NCBI GenBank assembly: GCA_050949045.1 | Contig: JBMNEZ010000001.1 | Coordinates: 576,001-640,000, forward strand | Source of the DNA: Candidatus Izemoplasmatales bacterium | GTDB taxonomy: Bacteria > Bacillota_I > Bacilli_A > Izemoplasmatales > Hujiaoplasmataceae | Direction of reading: 5' to 3' | DNA length: 64,000 bases | Shown: positions 38,664-49,128 of the stretch, piece by piece | How the letters are laid out: each line of letters opens with the position of its first letter | How positions within the stretch are numbered: the stretch's first letter is position 1 | The notes under the pieces: generated by a model | Database searches by the model: none | What the model was told of the DNA's origin: nothing | What the model saw: only the letters and a program-made list of their open reading frames with translations | Made by a program: the position numbers and the translations under genes

Positions 38664-40106
38664 ATGAATGTCTTGCATGTCAGTTCAGAATGCTATCCCT
38701 TTGTCAAAGTTGGCGGGTTGGCCGACGTTGTCGGCTCCTTACCTCTTGAGATCAAGCGGCTACGAAATGTCGATGTCAGGGTTGCTTTGCCGCTATACAA
38801 GACGATCATCGACCGCTATCAAGACCAACTTGAAGATCTTTTGAACTTCACCATTGATTTAGGAGCGAAGAAAAACGTCTATGTTGGTGTAAAAACACTA
38901 AAGTTCAAAGGTGTCGACTTCTATTTCATCGACAATCTGCTTTTGTTCGGTTCTAGAGAACAAGTCTATGACTACGGTGATGAAGCCGAGCGTTTTGCTT
39001 TCTTCCAGCTCGCTGTTCTCGAATCGCTTTCCCGCATTCCTTTTCAACCGGATATCATCCATGTTCATGACTGGCACACAGCGATGATTCCCTTGCTTCT
39101 CAAGACCAAGTATTCGGGAACACTAAAGGCAAAATCGGTTTTGACGATCCACAATCTCGCCTATCAGGGCGTCTTTCCGCTATCTGAAGTCTCTGCCTTC
39201 GGCATCGACAGCAATCCGGCCTATGAGTTTGAAGGGTTCCTCAATTATTTGAAATCAGGGATCGTTTCAAGCGATCTCGTGACTACTGTTTCAGAAACCT
39301 ACGCCAGAGAGATCCTCACCGACTACTACGGATACGGGCTTCAGCGTTTGCTCAGATCCAGAGGCAAGCAGTTTATCGGAATCCTCAACGGCATCAGTTA
39401 TCATGATTTCAATCCCTCCACAGACAAACTGATCCGGTATAACTACGATATCGAGACTTACCAGGAGGGCAAACAAAAGAACAAGGTAGCCCTTCAAGAC
39501 CTGACGGGTTTCGAATTCCCCCTTGATAAGCCCTTGTTAGCGCTCGTATCCAGGCTAGTAAGCCAGAAAGGCATGGATCTCATCAAACGGATTTTTGATG
39601 AGATGCTGGCAATCGACGATTTTTATTTTATCGTTCTCGGCAGCGGCGAGATTGAGTACCAGGACTATTTCCTCGGACTGATGGGACGCTTCCCCGAACG
39701 CGTTTTTGTCAAGATCGGTTATGATGATAAATTAGCCCACCAAATCTACGCTGCGAGCGACATGTTCTTGATGCCCTCGAAATTCGAACCATGCGGACTA
39801 AGCCAGATGATCTCCCTAAGGTACGGTACGATACCGATCGTCCGCGAGACCGGCGGCCTCATCGACACTGTCCAGCCCTTCAATGAATATGAATTGACCG
39901 GCAACGGTTTTAGCTTCACTAATTTCAACGCCCATGATATGATGCGTGTAATCCGCTACGCCTTGACTATCTTCCGCTTGCCAGAAGCCTGGGATGCGAT
40001 CGTCAGACGGGCGATGCTCGCCGACTTCAGTTGGAGTCAATCGGCAAAAAAATACCGAAAGGCTTACCGTGATCTCATGCCAAAGAAAACAAAGGGGGGA
40101 AAATAA
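38664..40106 (+). CDS. glgA: Glycogen synthase
   Basis: KVGGLADV, HDWHT, TIHNLAYQG, PSKFEPCGL; alternative GTG start at 38655. Confidence 0.97.
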   Translation: MNVLHVSSECYPFVKVGGLADVVGSLPLEIKRLRNVDVRVALPLYKTIIDRYQDQLEDLLNFTIDLGAKKNVYVGVKTLKFKGVDFYFIDNLLLFGSREQVYDYGDEAERFAFFQLAVLESLSRIPFQPDIIHVHDWHTAMIPLLLKTKYSGTLKAKSVLTIHNLAYQGVFPLSEVSAFGIDSNPAYEFEGFLNYLKSGIVSSDLVTTVSETYAREILTDYYGYGLQRLLRSRGKQFIGILNGISYHDFNPSTDKLIRYNYDIETYQEGKQKNKVALQDLTGFEFPLDKPLLALVSRLVSQKGMDLIKRIFDEMLAIDDFYFIVLGSGEIEYQDYFLGLMGRFPERVFVKIGYDDKLAHQIYAASDMFLMPSKFEPCGLSQMISLRYGTIPIVRETGGLIDTVQPFNEYELTGNGFSFTNFNAHDMMRVIRYALTIFRLPEAWDAIVRRAMLADFSWSQSAKKYRKAYRDLMPKKTKGGK

Positions 40107-41341
40107 TGGAAGTATTAGCACTGATCCTTGCGGGGGGGCGAGGCTCACGCCTCGACATTCTCTCGGAAGACCGGGTCAAACCAAGTGTTCCGTTTGCGGG
40201 GAAATATCGGATCATCGACTTCACGCTCTCGAACTGCTCCAATTCTGGGATCTACAATATCGCGATTTTGACACAGTACCTTCCGTTTTCTCTGAACGAT
40301 CACATCGGCTCCGGCAAACCTTGGGATCTCGACCGGCGCGACTCGAAAGTGACCTTACTGCAGCCGCACAGTGAATGGTACAACGGAACAGCAGACGCCG
40401 TCAGAAAAAACATTCACTACATCGAGCAGAGCCATGCCAAATACGTTCTGATACTCTCGGGCGACCACATCTACAAAATGGACTACCGCAAGATGCTCAG
40501 GCAACACGCTGAAACCAATGCCGATCTCACGATTGCCTGCAAGGTCATCGACCCAAAGGATGCCTCCCGCTTTGGAATGCTAGATGCGGATGAAACCAAC
40601 AAGATCTTTAGGTTTCAAGAAAAGCCAAAACAAACCAAATCGAACTTGGCATCAATGGGGATCTACGTCTTCAACACCGAAGTCTTGCTTGAAAAACTGC
40701 AAAACAACGATATCACGGATCTTGATTTCGGCAAGCACATCATCCCCTCGATGATCGAACATAATCCGGTTTACGCCTTTCGCTTCAGTGATTACTGGAA
40801 AGACGTCGGAACCTATGATTCCTATCTCGAGGCCAATCTCGAACTGATCGAAACCGTCGATAAGATTCCCCTTGATATGTATGATCACAACTGGAAAATC
40901 TATACCAAATCCGAAGAACTTCCGGCAGTCAAGATCGGTTCAAAAGCTTTGATTCGCCAAGCGCTCCTCTCAAATGGCTCGATCGTCGCAGGCATCGTCG
41001 AACGCAGTGTCCTCAGTCCTGGGGTTGTTGTTCACCCCTTGGCAAGAGTCACCAATTCGGTCATTCTCAATAATGTGCAGGTCTTCCCGGGCGCCGTCGT
41101 TGAAAACTGTATCATTGACAAGCATTCGCAGATCGGCGAGAATGCCTTCGTTGGTTTTGGCAACGATTACCAGCCAAACAAAGAGAAGCCCGACTTGTTG
41201 TCATCGGGCATCACGGTACTCGGAAAAAGCCTTCATGTTCCAAAAAATATGGTCATCGGTCGCAACTGTCGAATTTTTCAAACCGCTGACCTCACAAAAA
41301 CAGTTGACAATATCATCCCCTCGGGGACGACAATGAGATAA
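40106..41341 (+). CDS. glgC: Glucose-1-phosphate adenylyltransferase
   Basis: LAGGRGSRL, KPSVPFAGKYRIIDF, GDHIYKMDY, ASMGIY, DFGK, YWKDVGT. Confidence 0.97.
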   Translation: MEVLALILAGGRGSRLDILSEDRVKPSVPFAGKYRIIDFTLSNCSNSGIYNIAILTQYLPFSLNDHIGSGKPWDLDRRDSKVTLLQPHSEWYNGTADAVRKNIHYIEQSHAKYVLILSGDHIYKMDYRKMLRQHAETNADLTIACKVIDPKDASRFGMLDADETNKIFRFQEKPKQTKSNLASMGIYVFNTEVLLEKLQNNDITDLDFGKHIIPSMIEHNPVYAFRFSDYWKDVGTYDSYLEANLELIETVDKIPLDMYDHNWKIYTKSEELPAVKIGSKALIRQALLSNGSIVAGIVERSVLSPGVVVHPLARVTNSVILNNVQVFPGAVVENCIIDKHSQIGENAFVGFGNDYQPNKEKPDLLSSGITVLGKSLHVPKNMVIGRNCRIFQTADLTKTVDNIIPSGTTMR

Positions 41342-41364
41342 AAAAAAGGGCTCTCGCCCTTTTT
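41341..41364. terminator. Bidirectional terminator between glgC and tRNA-Thr
   Basis: AAAAAGGGC-TCTC-GCCCTTTTT. Confidence 0.8.
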
Positions 41365-41373
41365 ACTAGCAAA

Positions 41374-41447
41374 TGGTGCTCCCACCAAGAATCGAACTTG
41401 GATTTCAGCATTACCATTGCTGTGTTCTGCCATTAAACTATAGGAGC
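41374..41447 (-). tRNA. tRNA-Thr(GGT)
   Basis: GCTCCTA...CAGCA-ATGGTAA-TGCTG...CCAAG-TTCGATT-CTTGG-TGGGAGC-A-CCA cloverleaf. Confidence 0.95.
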
Positions 41448-41583
41448 TTTGCTTTTCATATTATAATCAAGTTTTCCTGAAAAAGCAACTATTATCGATT
41501 TCCTAGGAAATCGTCACAATTGATCGGAAACATTGCTTGAAATGCTATTACTTTATACAATCAGGTTTGTGGAGGCGATAGTC

Positions 41584-42297
41584 GTGTTAGAAGTAAAAAA
41601 TCTTTCCAAAAGTTACGACGGCAAAAAACTTGCCTGCAACAACATCAACCTTCTGATCGAGCCGGGAGATATTTACGGTTTCATCGGCCATAACGGCGCC
41701 GGCAAAACCACATTGTTAAAGTCTATCGCCGGCATCATCGACTTTGATCAGGGCGATGTCATCATCGACGGTCACTCGATCAAGAGCGATCCGTTGGAAG
41801 CTAAGAAACTGTTTGCCTATATACCCGACAATCCTGATATCTACGAGACGTTGACCGGAACTCAGTACCTCAATTTTATCGCCGATGTCTTTCAAATTGA
41901 TCTAGCCAAACGCACTAGACTGATTGAAAAGTACGCGACGATGTTTGAAATAACCGGCGCCCTCAACAACCCGATCTCATCCTACTCCCATGGTATGAAA
42001 CAAAAACTGCTGTTGATCGGGGCTTTGATCCATGAGCCCAAGATTATGTTGCTTGACGAACCTTTCGTTGGGCTCGATCCCAAAGCCAGTTTCATGATCA
42101 AGGAAGTCTTCAAAGAGATGTGTGCCCAGGGATCTCTGATCTTCTTCTCTACCCACGTTCTCGAGGTGGCAGAAAAACTTTGCAACAAAGTTGCAATCAT
42201 CAAGAACGGCATCATCATCGCCGACGGCACAACCAATTCGATACTCAAGGACAAGACACTAGAAAGCTTGTTCATGGAGTTGATCAATGAATCATGA
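41584..42297 (+). CDS. ABC transporter ATP-binding protein
   Basis: GHNGAGKT, YSHGMKQK, LLDEP; GTG start after GGAGG. Confidence 0.93.
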   Translation: MLEVKNLSKSYDGKKLACNNINLLIEPGDIYGFIGHNGAGKTTLLKSIAGIIDFDQGDVIIDGHSIKSDPLEAKKLFAYIPDNPDIYETLTGTQYLNFIADVFQIDLAKRTRLIEKYATMFEITGALNNPISSYSHGMKQKLLLIGALIHEPKIMLLDEPFVGLDPKASFMIKEVFKEMCAQGSLIFFSTHVLEVAEKLCNKVAIIKNGIIIADGTTNSILKDKTLESLFMELINES

Positions 42298-43910
42298 TGT
42301 ATTCGAGGCTTTTGCGTATCTTTTTCAAAGAAAACTTTTCAATTAATCGCTTCTTTGGCACCGATATCCGCAAGAACAAGAAGAAGGCGGTTCTTTTGGG
42401 GGTTTTGATCCTTTATGGTTTTGGGTCTTTCTTGTTCTCTTTTGGATACATGTTTTTTGACCTTGGAAAAACCTTATCCGAGTATGATATGTTGGACACG
42501 CTGCTTGCGTTTGTTTTTGTCTACGCCACGGTGCTCTCAATCATGATCACCTTGTTTCGGGCCAACGGGTATCTGTTCCGTTTCAAGGACTACGAGATCC
42601 TTGCGCCGCTGCCGATCAAACCCAGAACCGTTTTGTTTGCGAAACTCACCCTGATGCTCGCTCTTGTTTATGCCGGACTGTTTTTGATCTCGCTGCCGAT
42701 CGTATTTTCCTATTTTTGGTATGCCGGCTTCAACATCCTGACATTTTTGATCTTCATTGCTAGTTTCTTGCTTATCCCAATGATTCCGCTCATCATCTTT
42801 TCTTTTCTTTCGCTGTTGATAGCCCGCTTCAGCTCAAAAATCAGAGGAACCAACATTGTCTACACCATTTTGATGTTCATCTTGTTGATTGGAGCGATGA
42901 TCTGGTCTTTCTCGTTCAGTTTTAATAGTTCTGACAATCCGTTATTGAGTCAAAGTCAAGGCGGTCTTTTTGGCTTGCTCTATAATTACTATCCACCGAT
43001 GAACTGGTTCATCAAGGCGGTGCATCTACAAGATCCGCTCTCGCTAGTATATCTCTTTCTGACCCACGCCTTTCCGTTGGCCGGCTTCATCTTTTTGATC
43101 AGTAAACTTGTCGTCAAAACCAATCAGAGGAGTCTTTCGGTCGTCACCGGTCGAAACAAGAAACCGCTCAAGTATCGTGAGCGTCCCTTGATCGAATCGC
43201 TGGTCATGAAAGAGGCAAGGAAGTTCATCAATCTTCCCATCTATACGATAAACTCTGGGTTCGGACCAACCATAATGCTCCTTGTCGGCGTTCTCAGCCT
43301 CGTCTTTAAAAACAAGATCATGGAAGTCATGGATGAGATGGCCGGCTTTGGCTTCTTGTCGCTCGATTTGATCACATCCTTGATCATCGGCTTTTCGATG
43401 ACGATGGTCTTCACATCGGCCATCAGCCTCTCGCTCGAAGGGAAGAACTTCTGGATCATCAAGAGTCTGCCCATCAGACCTCGGCTCGTCATGATCTCGA
43501 AGATGATTTTCAACATTCTTCTCGGACTGCCCTCTGCCTTGATCGCCATTATCCTGACCGGGATCGCTTTTAAGTTCGAAGCATCAATGATGGCATCAAT
43601 GATAATCGCTGCTATTTCGCTCTCGCTTTCGATTTCGGCAATCGGCAGTTTCATCAACCTTCATTTTCCCAAATTCGATTATTTGAATGAGACCGAAGTC
43701 GTCAAACAGAGCATCGGTGCCATGTTCGGTGTTTTTGCCGGTTTCGGCGTTCTTCTCATTGACGGAGTAATCGTTTACTTCGCGATGACTGCGTTTGGCA
43801 AAGCCGTGTCACTGCTCTTTGCCTCGCTCGTCAATCTGATAATTTTCGCTTGTTTTTTCGGACTTGTTTACACTTCAAGCGACCGCCTCTTCCAAAAGAT
43901 GGATGCCTGA
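42294..43910 (+). CDS. ABC transporter permease (large, multi-TM)
   Basis: Hydrophobic 538 aa; ISLSLEGKNFWIIKSLP motif; coupled to the ATPase. Confidence 0.88.
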   Translation: MMYSRLLRIFFKENFSINRFFGTDIRKNKKKAVLLGVLILYGFGSFLFSFGYMFFDLGKTLSEYDMLDTLLAFVFVYATVLSIMITLFRANGYLFRFKDYEILAPLPIKPRTVLFAKLTLMLALVYAGLFLISLPIVFSYFWYAGFNILTFLIFIASFLLIPMIPLIIFSFLSLLIARFSSKIRGTNIVYTILMFILLIGAMIWSFSFSFNSSDNPLLSQSQGGLFGLLYNYYPPMNWFIKAVHLQDPLSLVYLFLTHAFPLAGFIFLISKLVVKTNQRSLSVVTGRNKKPLKYRERPLIESLVMKEARKFINLPIYTINSGFGPTIMLLVGVLSLVFKNKIMEVMDEMAGFGFLSLDLITSLIIGFSMTMVFTSAISLSLEGKNFWIIKSLPIRPRLVMISKMIFNILLGLPSALIAIILTGIAFKFEASMMASMIIAAISLSLSISAIGSFINLHFPKFDYLNETEVVKQSIGAMFGVFAGFGVLLIDGVIVYFAMTAFGKAVSLLFASLVNLIIFACFFGLVYTSSDRLFQKMDA

Positions 43911-44001
43911 TCGGAAACCATCTGTTTTTGTTTGATATTATCGGGTTTTAATGGTATAATCGATGCGGTATGAAAAACTATTTTAATGAAAGGATACTTA
44001 T

Positions 44002-46626
44002 ATGACTAAATACGTTTATTTGTTTGAAGAAGGCAATGCCTCGATGCGAAACCTTCTGGGCGGAAAAGGCGCCAACCTTGCCGAGATGACGAATCTCGGG
44101 ATGCCTGTTCCCTACGGTTTCACGATCACGACCGAAGCATGTACAAGATATTACGGCGACGGCCGGAAAATCGCTGCCGAGATTCTCTCGGAGATCGATG
44201 CGGCCCTCAAAAAGATTGAAGCCTTGACTGCGAAGTCGTTTGGCAATCCGAAAAACCCCCTGCTTCTCTCTGTCCGTTCCGGATCCCGCGCTTCAATGCC
44301 GGGAATGATGGACACGATCTTGAATCTCGGACTCAATGACGAAGTCGTCAAAGGTTTGGCCAAACTTACAAACAATCCGCGTTTCGCTTACGATTCCTAT
44401 CGCCGTTTCATCCAGATGTTCGCTGATGTGGTCATGGAAGTCCCGAAAAGCAACTTTGAGGCGATCTTAGAGCATCAAAAAGAAATTAAACATGTCGTAC
44501 AGGACAGTGATCTCGATGCTCAGGACATGGAAAAAATTGTATCAGACTATCTTGCCAAGTATCGGGAACTCAAGGGAGAAGGCTTCCCGCAAGATCCCAA
44601 AGTCCAACTGATCGAAGCCGTCAAGGCTGTCTTCCGCTCATGGGACAACCCCCGCGCAAACACCTATCGCCGATTGAACAACATCCCCTATGAATGGGGA
44701 ACCGCCGTCAACGTGCAGTCGATGGTCTTCGGTAACATGGGTGATGACTCCGGGACCGGAGTCGCCTTCACCAGAGATCCATCAACGGGTGCCAAAGTGC
44801 TATACGGCGAGTACTTGTTCAATGCCCAAGGCGAGGATGTCGTTGCCGGCATCAGAACACCGAAACCTATTTCCGAACTCGAGAAGGACAACCCCGAAAT
44901 TTATCGTCAATTCCAAGAATATTCGAGCAAACTCGAAGCTCACTACAAAGACATGCAGGATATGGAGTTCACAATCGAAAAAGGCAAACTCTATATGCTA
45001 CAGACAAGAAACGGGAAGCGCACCGCTCAAGCCGCCCTCAAGATCGCGATCGATCTTGTCGAGGAAGGCCTCTTGAGCGAATCGGAAGCGCTTCTAAAAG
45101 TTGAACCAAAACAACTCGACTCACTCCTCCATCCACAGTTTGACCCAGTTGCCCTGAAGAAAGCGAAAGTCATCGCCACCGGGCTGAATGCCTCGCCCGG
45201 GGCAGCGACCGGCAAGGCTGTCTTCACTGCCGAACGCGCTCATGAACTGGCAAAACAAGGGCAACCTGTCATCTTAGTGCGTCAAGAAACCTCTCCCGAG
45301 GATATCGAGGGAATGGTCGTCTCCAAGGGTATTCTCACAAGCCGCGGCGGGATGACTTCGCACGCTGCCGTCGTCGCGAGAGGCATGGGGACATGCTGTG
45401 TCGCTGGCGCAGGCATGGTCAAAGTCTACGAGGAAAAACGTTACTTTGAAATAGATGGGAAGAAATACCATGAAGGGGATTTCATCTCCCTTGACGGCTC
45501 CACCGGCAATGTTTACGGAGAACAAATCAAGACTGTCGACGCCTCTGTTTCCGGCGATTTCGCCAAGTTGATGGCTTGGGCAGACAAATACCGCGCCCTG
45601 AAAATCAGAACCAACGCTGATAATCCGCGCGATGCCAAACAAGCGTACAAATTCGGCGCCGAGGGAATCGGTCTCTGCCGTACGGAACATATGTTTTTTG
45701 ATGTCGATCGCATTCAATCGATGCGCGAGATGATCGTAGCCAAAAACCTCGAAGAACGCCAGGCCGCCCTCAATAAACTGCTTCCGATGCAAAAGCAGGA
45801 TTTCATCAGCCTTTATGAGGCAATGCAGGGCTATCCGGTAACGATCCGTTACTTGGATCCGCCACTACACGAGTTCCTTCCCAATCTCGATCAAGACATC
45901 GAAGCGTTGGCCAAGGATATGGGCATCACCTTCGAAGAGCTCAAAGCAACGGTTGTCAGCCTCCACGAGACCAATCCGATGCTCGGTCATCGCGGAGTCA
46001 GACTGGCCGTCACATATCCGGAAATCGCTGTGATGCAGACGACAGCAGTCATCGAGGCTGCTATTGAAGTCAACAAACGCGGTATGAATGTCGTTCCGGA
46101 AATCATGATCCCGCTCATCGGCGAAGTCAAAGAATTGAAATACGTCAAAGACATCATCGTCAAAACAGCTGACGACATCATCAAAAAGCACGGAGTGAAA
46201 CTCGAATACCTTGTCGGCACGATGATCGAGATCCCGCGCGCAGCTTTGCTCGCAGATGAGATTGCCGCCGAAGCCGAGTTCTTCAGTTTCGGAACCAATG
46301 ACTTGACCCAAATGACCTTTGGCTTCAGCCGTGACGACGCCGGCAGTTTCCTCGCTGATTACTATGAGAAGAAGATCTTTGAAAGCGATCCATTCGCTCA
46401 TGTCGACCGGAAAGGCGTTGGAAAATTAATGGAGATGGCTGTCTCTCTCGGCAAATCAGTCAGGCCGGACCTCAAACTTGGGATCTGCGGCGAGCATGGA
46501 GGCGATCCGGATTCGGTCGAATTCTGCCACAACATCGGCCTCAGCTATGTCTCCTGTTCACCCTATAGAGTGCCGCTCGCGCGCCTCGCTGCTGCCCATG
46601 CCAACATCAAAAACCCCCGCAAATAG
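44002..46626 (+). CDS. ppdK: Pyruvate, phosphate dikinase
   Basis: LLGGKGANLAEM, GGMTSHAAVVARG, GIGLCRTEHMF, FGTNDLTQ, GICGEHGG. Confidence 0.98.
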   Translation: MTKYVYLFEEGNASMRNLLGGKGANLAEMTNLGMPVPYGFTITTEACTRYYGDGRKIAAEILSEIDAALKKIEALTAKSFGNPKNPLLLSVRSGSRASMPGMMDTILNLGLNDEVVKGLAKLTNNPRFAYDSYRRFIQMFADVVMEVPKSNFEAILEHQKEIKHVVQDSDLDAQDMEKIVSDYLAKYRELKGEGFPQDPKVQLIEAVKAVFRSWDNPRANTYRRLNNIPYEWGTAVNVQSMVFGNMGDDSGTGVAFTRDPSTGAKVLYGEYLFNAQGEDVVAGIRTPKPISELEKDNPEIYRQFQEYSSKLEAHYKDMQDMEFTIEKGKLYMLQTRNGKRTAQAALKIAIDLVEEGLLSESEALLKVEPKQLDSLLHPQFDPVALKKAKVIATGLNASPGAATGKAVFTAERAHELAKQGQPVILVRQETSPEDIEGMVVSKGILTSRGGMTSHAAVVARGMGTCCVAGAGMVKVYEEKRYFEIDGKKYHEGDFISLDGSTGNVYGEQIKTVDASVSGDFAKLMAWADKYRALKIRTNADNPRDAKQAYKFGAEGIGLCRTEHMFFDVDRIQSMREMIVAKNLEERQAALNKLLPMQKQDFISLYEAMQGYPVTIRYLDPPLHEFLPNLDQDIEALAKDMGITFEELKATVVSLHETNPMLGHRGVRLAVTYPEIAVMQTTAVIEAAIEVNKRGMNVVPEIMIPLIGEVKELKYVKDIIVKTADDIIKKHGVKLEYLVGTMIEIPRAALLADEIAAEAEFFSFGTNDLTQMTFGFSRDDAGSFLADYYEKKIFESDPFAHVDRKGVGKLMEMAVSLGKSVRPDLKLGICGEHGGDPDSVEFCHNIGLSYVSCSPYRVPLARLAAAHANIKNPRK

Positions 46627-46649
46627 ACCAAATAGACCATATAACCCTT

Positions 46650-46680
46650 AAAAAGCAGACGTTTTGTCTGCTTTTATTTT
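46650..46680 (+). terminator. Intrinsic terminator after ppdK
   Basis: AAAAGCAGAC-GTTTT-GTCTGCTTTT. Confidence 0.85.
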
Positions 46681-46688
46681 GGGTCTTG

Positions 46689-46717
46689 TTGACAAAGGGT
46701 TTTTCATTCTTTATAAT
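46689..46717 (+). promoter_or_regulatory. Consensus SigA promoter of the 6S-like RNA
   Basis: TTGACA-17 nt-TATAAT. Confidence 0.9.
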
Positions 46718-46725
46718 GAAACTAT

Positions 46726-46892
46726 ACTTGGATGGTTGGAAATCACTCACCCGCGACCTACAGTATTTGAAAGGGAGTCAAGGCCTTCCTGGTGTTGAAA
46801 GCCTATTCAGTTAGGAATCCTAAAAGGAAAGCAAGAGACACCCACTTTGGGGTAGATGTTTGTCTGCTCGAGTGATTTCCAACTGTCCGAGT
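46726..46892 (+). ncRNA. ssrS: 6S RNA (probable)
   Basis: About 167 nt; 23-bp closing stem (3 G-U pairs); internal GACC..GGGAG and CACCCAC motifs as in Firmicutes 6S; perfect promoter upstream. Confidence 0.8.
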
Positions 46893-46922
46893 GTTTTTTA
46901 TTTTTCGATATGGAGGCAGAAA

Positions 46923-47981
46923 ATGAGCACTTTATTAAACAAACTGACAATGCTTGACGGTATTCCCGGTAACGAACAGGAAGTCCGCGACTTCATGAGG
47001 CAACAGGCCGGCACCAAAGCTGAGATTACAACCGACAAACTCGGATCGGTCATCCTTCGCAAGGAAGGAAGCGACCCTGAGATCAAAGTCATGGTCGCCG
47101 GTCATCTCGACGAGATTGGCTTCATCGTTTCGGAGATTACAAAAGATGGTTATCTCAAATTTATCTCCGCGGGAGGATGGTGGGGCCATGTCGTGCTGAG
47201 CCAGCAATTCACTGTGACGACCCGGACAAAGAAAAAGATTCGTGGAGTCGTTGGCTCCAAACCTCCGCACATCCTCACTCCGGATGAAAGGAAGAAGGTC
47301 GTCGAGATTAACGAGATGTTTCTTGACATCGGCGTCGATTCAAAGAAAGCCGCTGAAGCCCTGGGAATCGAGATCGGCAATATGATCACCCCGTATATCG
47401 AGTTTCAAAAACTTGCCAATAAAAAGTACTTGTTGGCCAAAGCATTTGACAACCGGGTCGGCATCGGCGTCGTGCTCGAAGTCTTGGAGTTATTGCAAAA
47501 TACCGATCATCCGAACGTTTTCTATGGGGTGGGAACCGTCATGGAGGAAGTCGGACTGCGGGGAGCACAGACTTCGAGTTATCTCGTCGATCCTGACATT
47601 GGTGTTTCCATCGATGTCACGATCGCCACCGATTATCCCGGCGGCAGCAAAGAAGTTTGCCTCGGCAAGGGGCCTTGTCTGATGGTTTACGACAGTTCCA
47701 TGGTCGGGCATGTCTCTCTTCGTGAGCATATCATGAGCATCGCCGAGGAAAAAAAGATCCCCTTTCAATTGTCGTATCTCAATCGGGGAGGAACCGACGC
47801 CGGCAGAATTCACCTTGTGAAAGCGGGCTGTCCCAGTATCGCCCTCTGCATCCCCTCCCGCTATATCCATTCCCACACTTCGATCATCCATCAAGACGAC
47901 TACGACCAAACAGTGAGACTGGTCCATGAACTTCTCAAAAGTCTTGACAGGGACACCGTTAGGAAAATCACCTACCAATAA
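46923..47981 (+). CDS. M42 family aminopeptidase
   Basis: AGHLDEIGF, AKAFDNR, MEEVGLRGA, GGTDAG, RYIHS. Confidence 0.95.
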   Translation: MSTLLNKLTMLDGIPGNEQEVRDFMRQQAGTKAEITTDKLGSVILRKEGSDPEIKVMVAGHLDEIGFIVSEITKDGYLKFISAGGWWGHVVLSQQFTVTTRTKKKIRGVVGSKPPHILTPDERKKVVEINEMFLDIGVDSKKAAEALGIEIGNMITPYIEFQKLANKKYLLAKAFDNRVGIGVVLEVLELLQNTDHPNVFYGVGTVMEEVGLRGAQTSSYLVDPDIGVSIDVTIATDYPGGSKEVCLGKGPCLMVYDSSMVGHVSLREHIMSIAEEKKIPFQLSYLNRGGTDAGRIHLVKAGCPSIALCIPSRYIHSHTSIIHQDDYDQTVRLVHELLKSLDRDTVRKITYQ

Positions 47982-48047
47982 ATACACTCATGATCCGGAA
48001 CCCTTGCGGAGAAAGAGCACCGGTGGTAAAATAGACTGGGTGATAAG

Positions 48048-48617
48048 ATGCTGAGGATCATATCGGGAATCCGCAAAGGGGCCTTGATCGCCGAGGTTGA
48101 CCGCCGACACACGCGTCCGACCACTGATAAAAACAAGGAGATGCTCTTCAATATCCTCGGCCAGTACTTTGACGGCGGAAACTGTCTCGATTTGTTCGCC
48201 GGCAGCGGATCGCTTGGCCTTGAAGCGCTCAGCCGCGGTTTCAGTGCTTGCACTTTCGTCGACAACAACCCCACCGCGACAGCCACAATCCGGAAAAATC
48301 TTGACAAGCTTCGCTTTCCTGATGAAATCAAGGCCGCGGTCATTCTTGATGATGTTTTCTCTTATCTAGGAAGCGTAAAAGCAAATTTCTTCGATCTGAT
48401 CATGGCTGATCCGCCCTACCTTTTTCAAGATCACGAAAGGCTCTTACGGGTGATTATTGACAACGGCCTTATTGCCGGAAACGGATTGACCGTCATCGAA
48501 ACTAGTCGCAAAAAGGAATTGCCGGAACAACTCGGTGAACTTTTCCTGTTTAAAGACAAGATTTCCGGACTCTCACGTTTCTGGTTTTATTCATTCGTTT
48601 CAAACCCAATAGACTGA
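48048..48617 (+). CDS. rsmD: 16S rRNA m2G966 methyltransferase
   Basis: RPTTD, LDLFAGSGSLGLEALSRG, DPPY. Confidence 0.95.
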   Translation: MLRIISGIRKGALIAEVDRRHTRPTTDKNKEMLFNILGQYFDGGNCLDLFAGSGSLGLEALSRGFSACTFVDNNPTATATIRKNLDKLRFPDEIKAAVILDDVFSYLGSVKANFFDLIMADPPYLFQDHERLLRVIIDNGLIAGNGLTVIETSRKKELPEQLGELFLFKDKISGLSRFWFYSFVSNPID

Positions 48618-48627
48618 GGAGGATAAT

Positions 48628-49128
48628 ATGAAAATCGGTTTCTATCCGGGCAGTTTCGACCCGATAACCTTCGGTCATCTCGACATCATCAGAAGAGGTG
48701 CGCAACTATTCGACAAACTCTATGTCGCTGTTTCGACAAATCCCGGCAAAACGACGCTGTTCTCGGCAAAAGAACGGTTTGATCTCGTCCGAGAAGTGGT
48801 CAGTGACATCGCCAATGTCGAAGTCCTGCAAACAAAGAAATTGACCGTCGAATGTTGTCGTGAAGTCGGAGCGACCCATATTTTGCGGGGGCTGAGAGCT
48901 GTTACCGACTATGATTATGAGTTTCAATTGACGAACTTCAACCGCCAGATCGCCGGCGAGATCGACACCGTGTTTATGATGACGGAAGGAAAATATTCCT
49001 ATCTCTCTTCCTCGGCCGTCCGTGAACTCGCTTTCTTTGGCGGAGACGTTACGCCGTTCGTTCCAAAAACAGTCAAAATGGCTATCGATCGCAAGATCGC
49101 CAACAGAGAAAACCGTCAGGGTATATGA
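48628..49128 (+). CDS. coaD: Pantetheine-phosphate adenylyltransferase
   Basis: YPGSFDPITFGHLDII, RGLRAVTDYDYE, SSSAVRE. Confidence 0.97.
   Translation: MKIGFYPGSFDPITFGHLDIIRRGAQLFDKLYVAVSTNPGKTTLFSAKERFDLVREVVSDIANVEVLQTKKLTVECCREVGATHILRGLRAVTDYDYEFQLTNFNRQIAGEIDTVFMMTEGKYSYLSSSAVRELAFFGGDVTPFVPKTVKMAIDRKIANRENRQGI

Noticed and set aside
41374..43910. tRNA-Thr, or the tRNA-Arg genes, as an integration site of a genomic island
   Set aside because: No integrase, no separate duplicated tRNA 3' fragment and no obvious compositional shift
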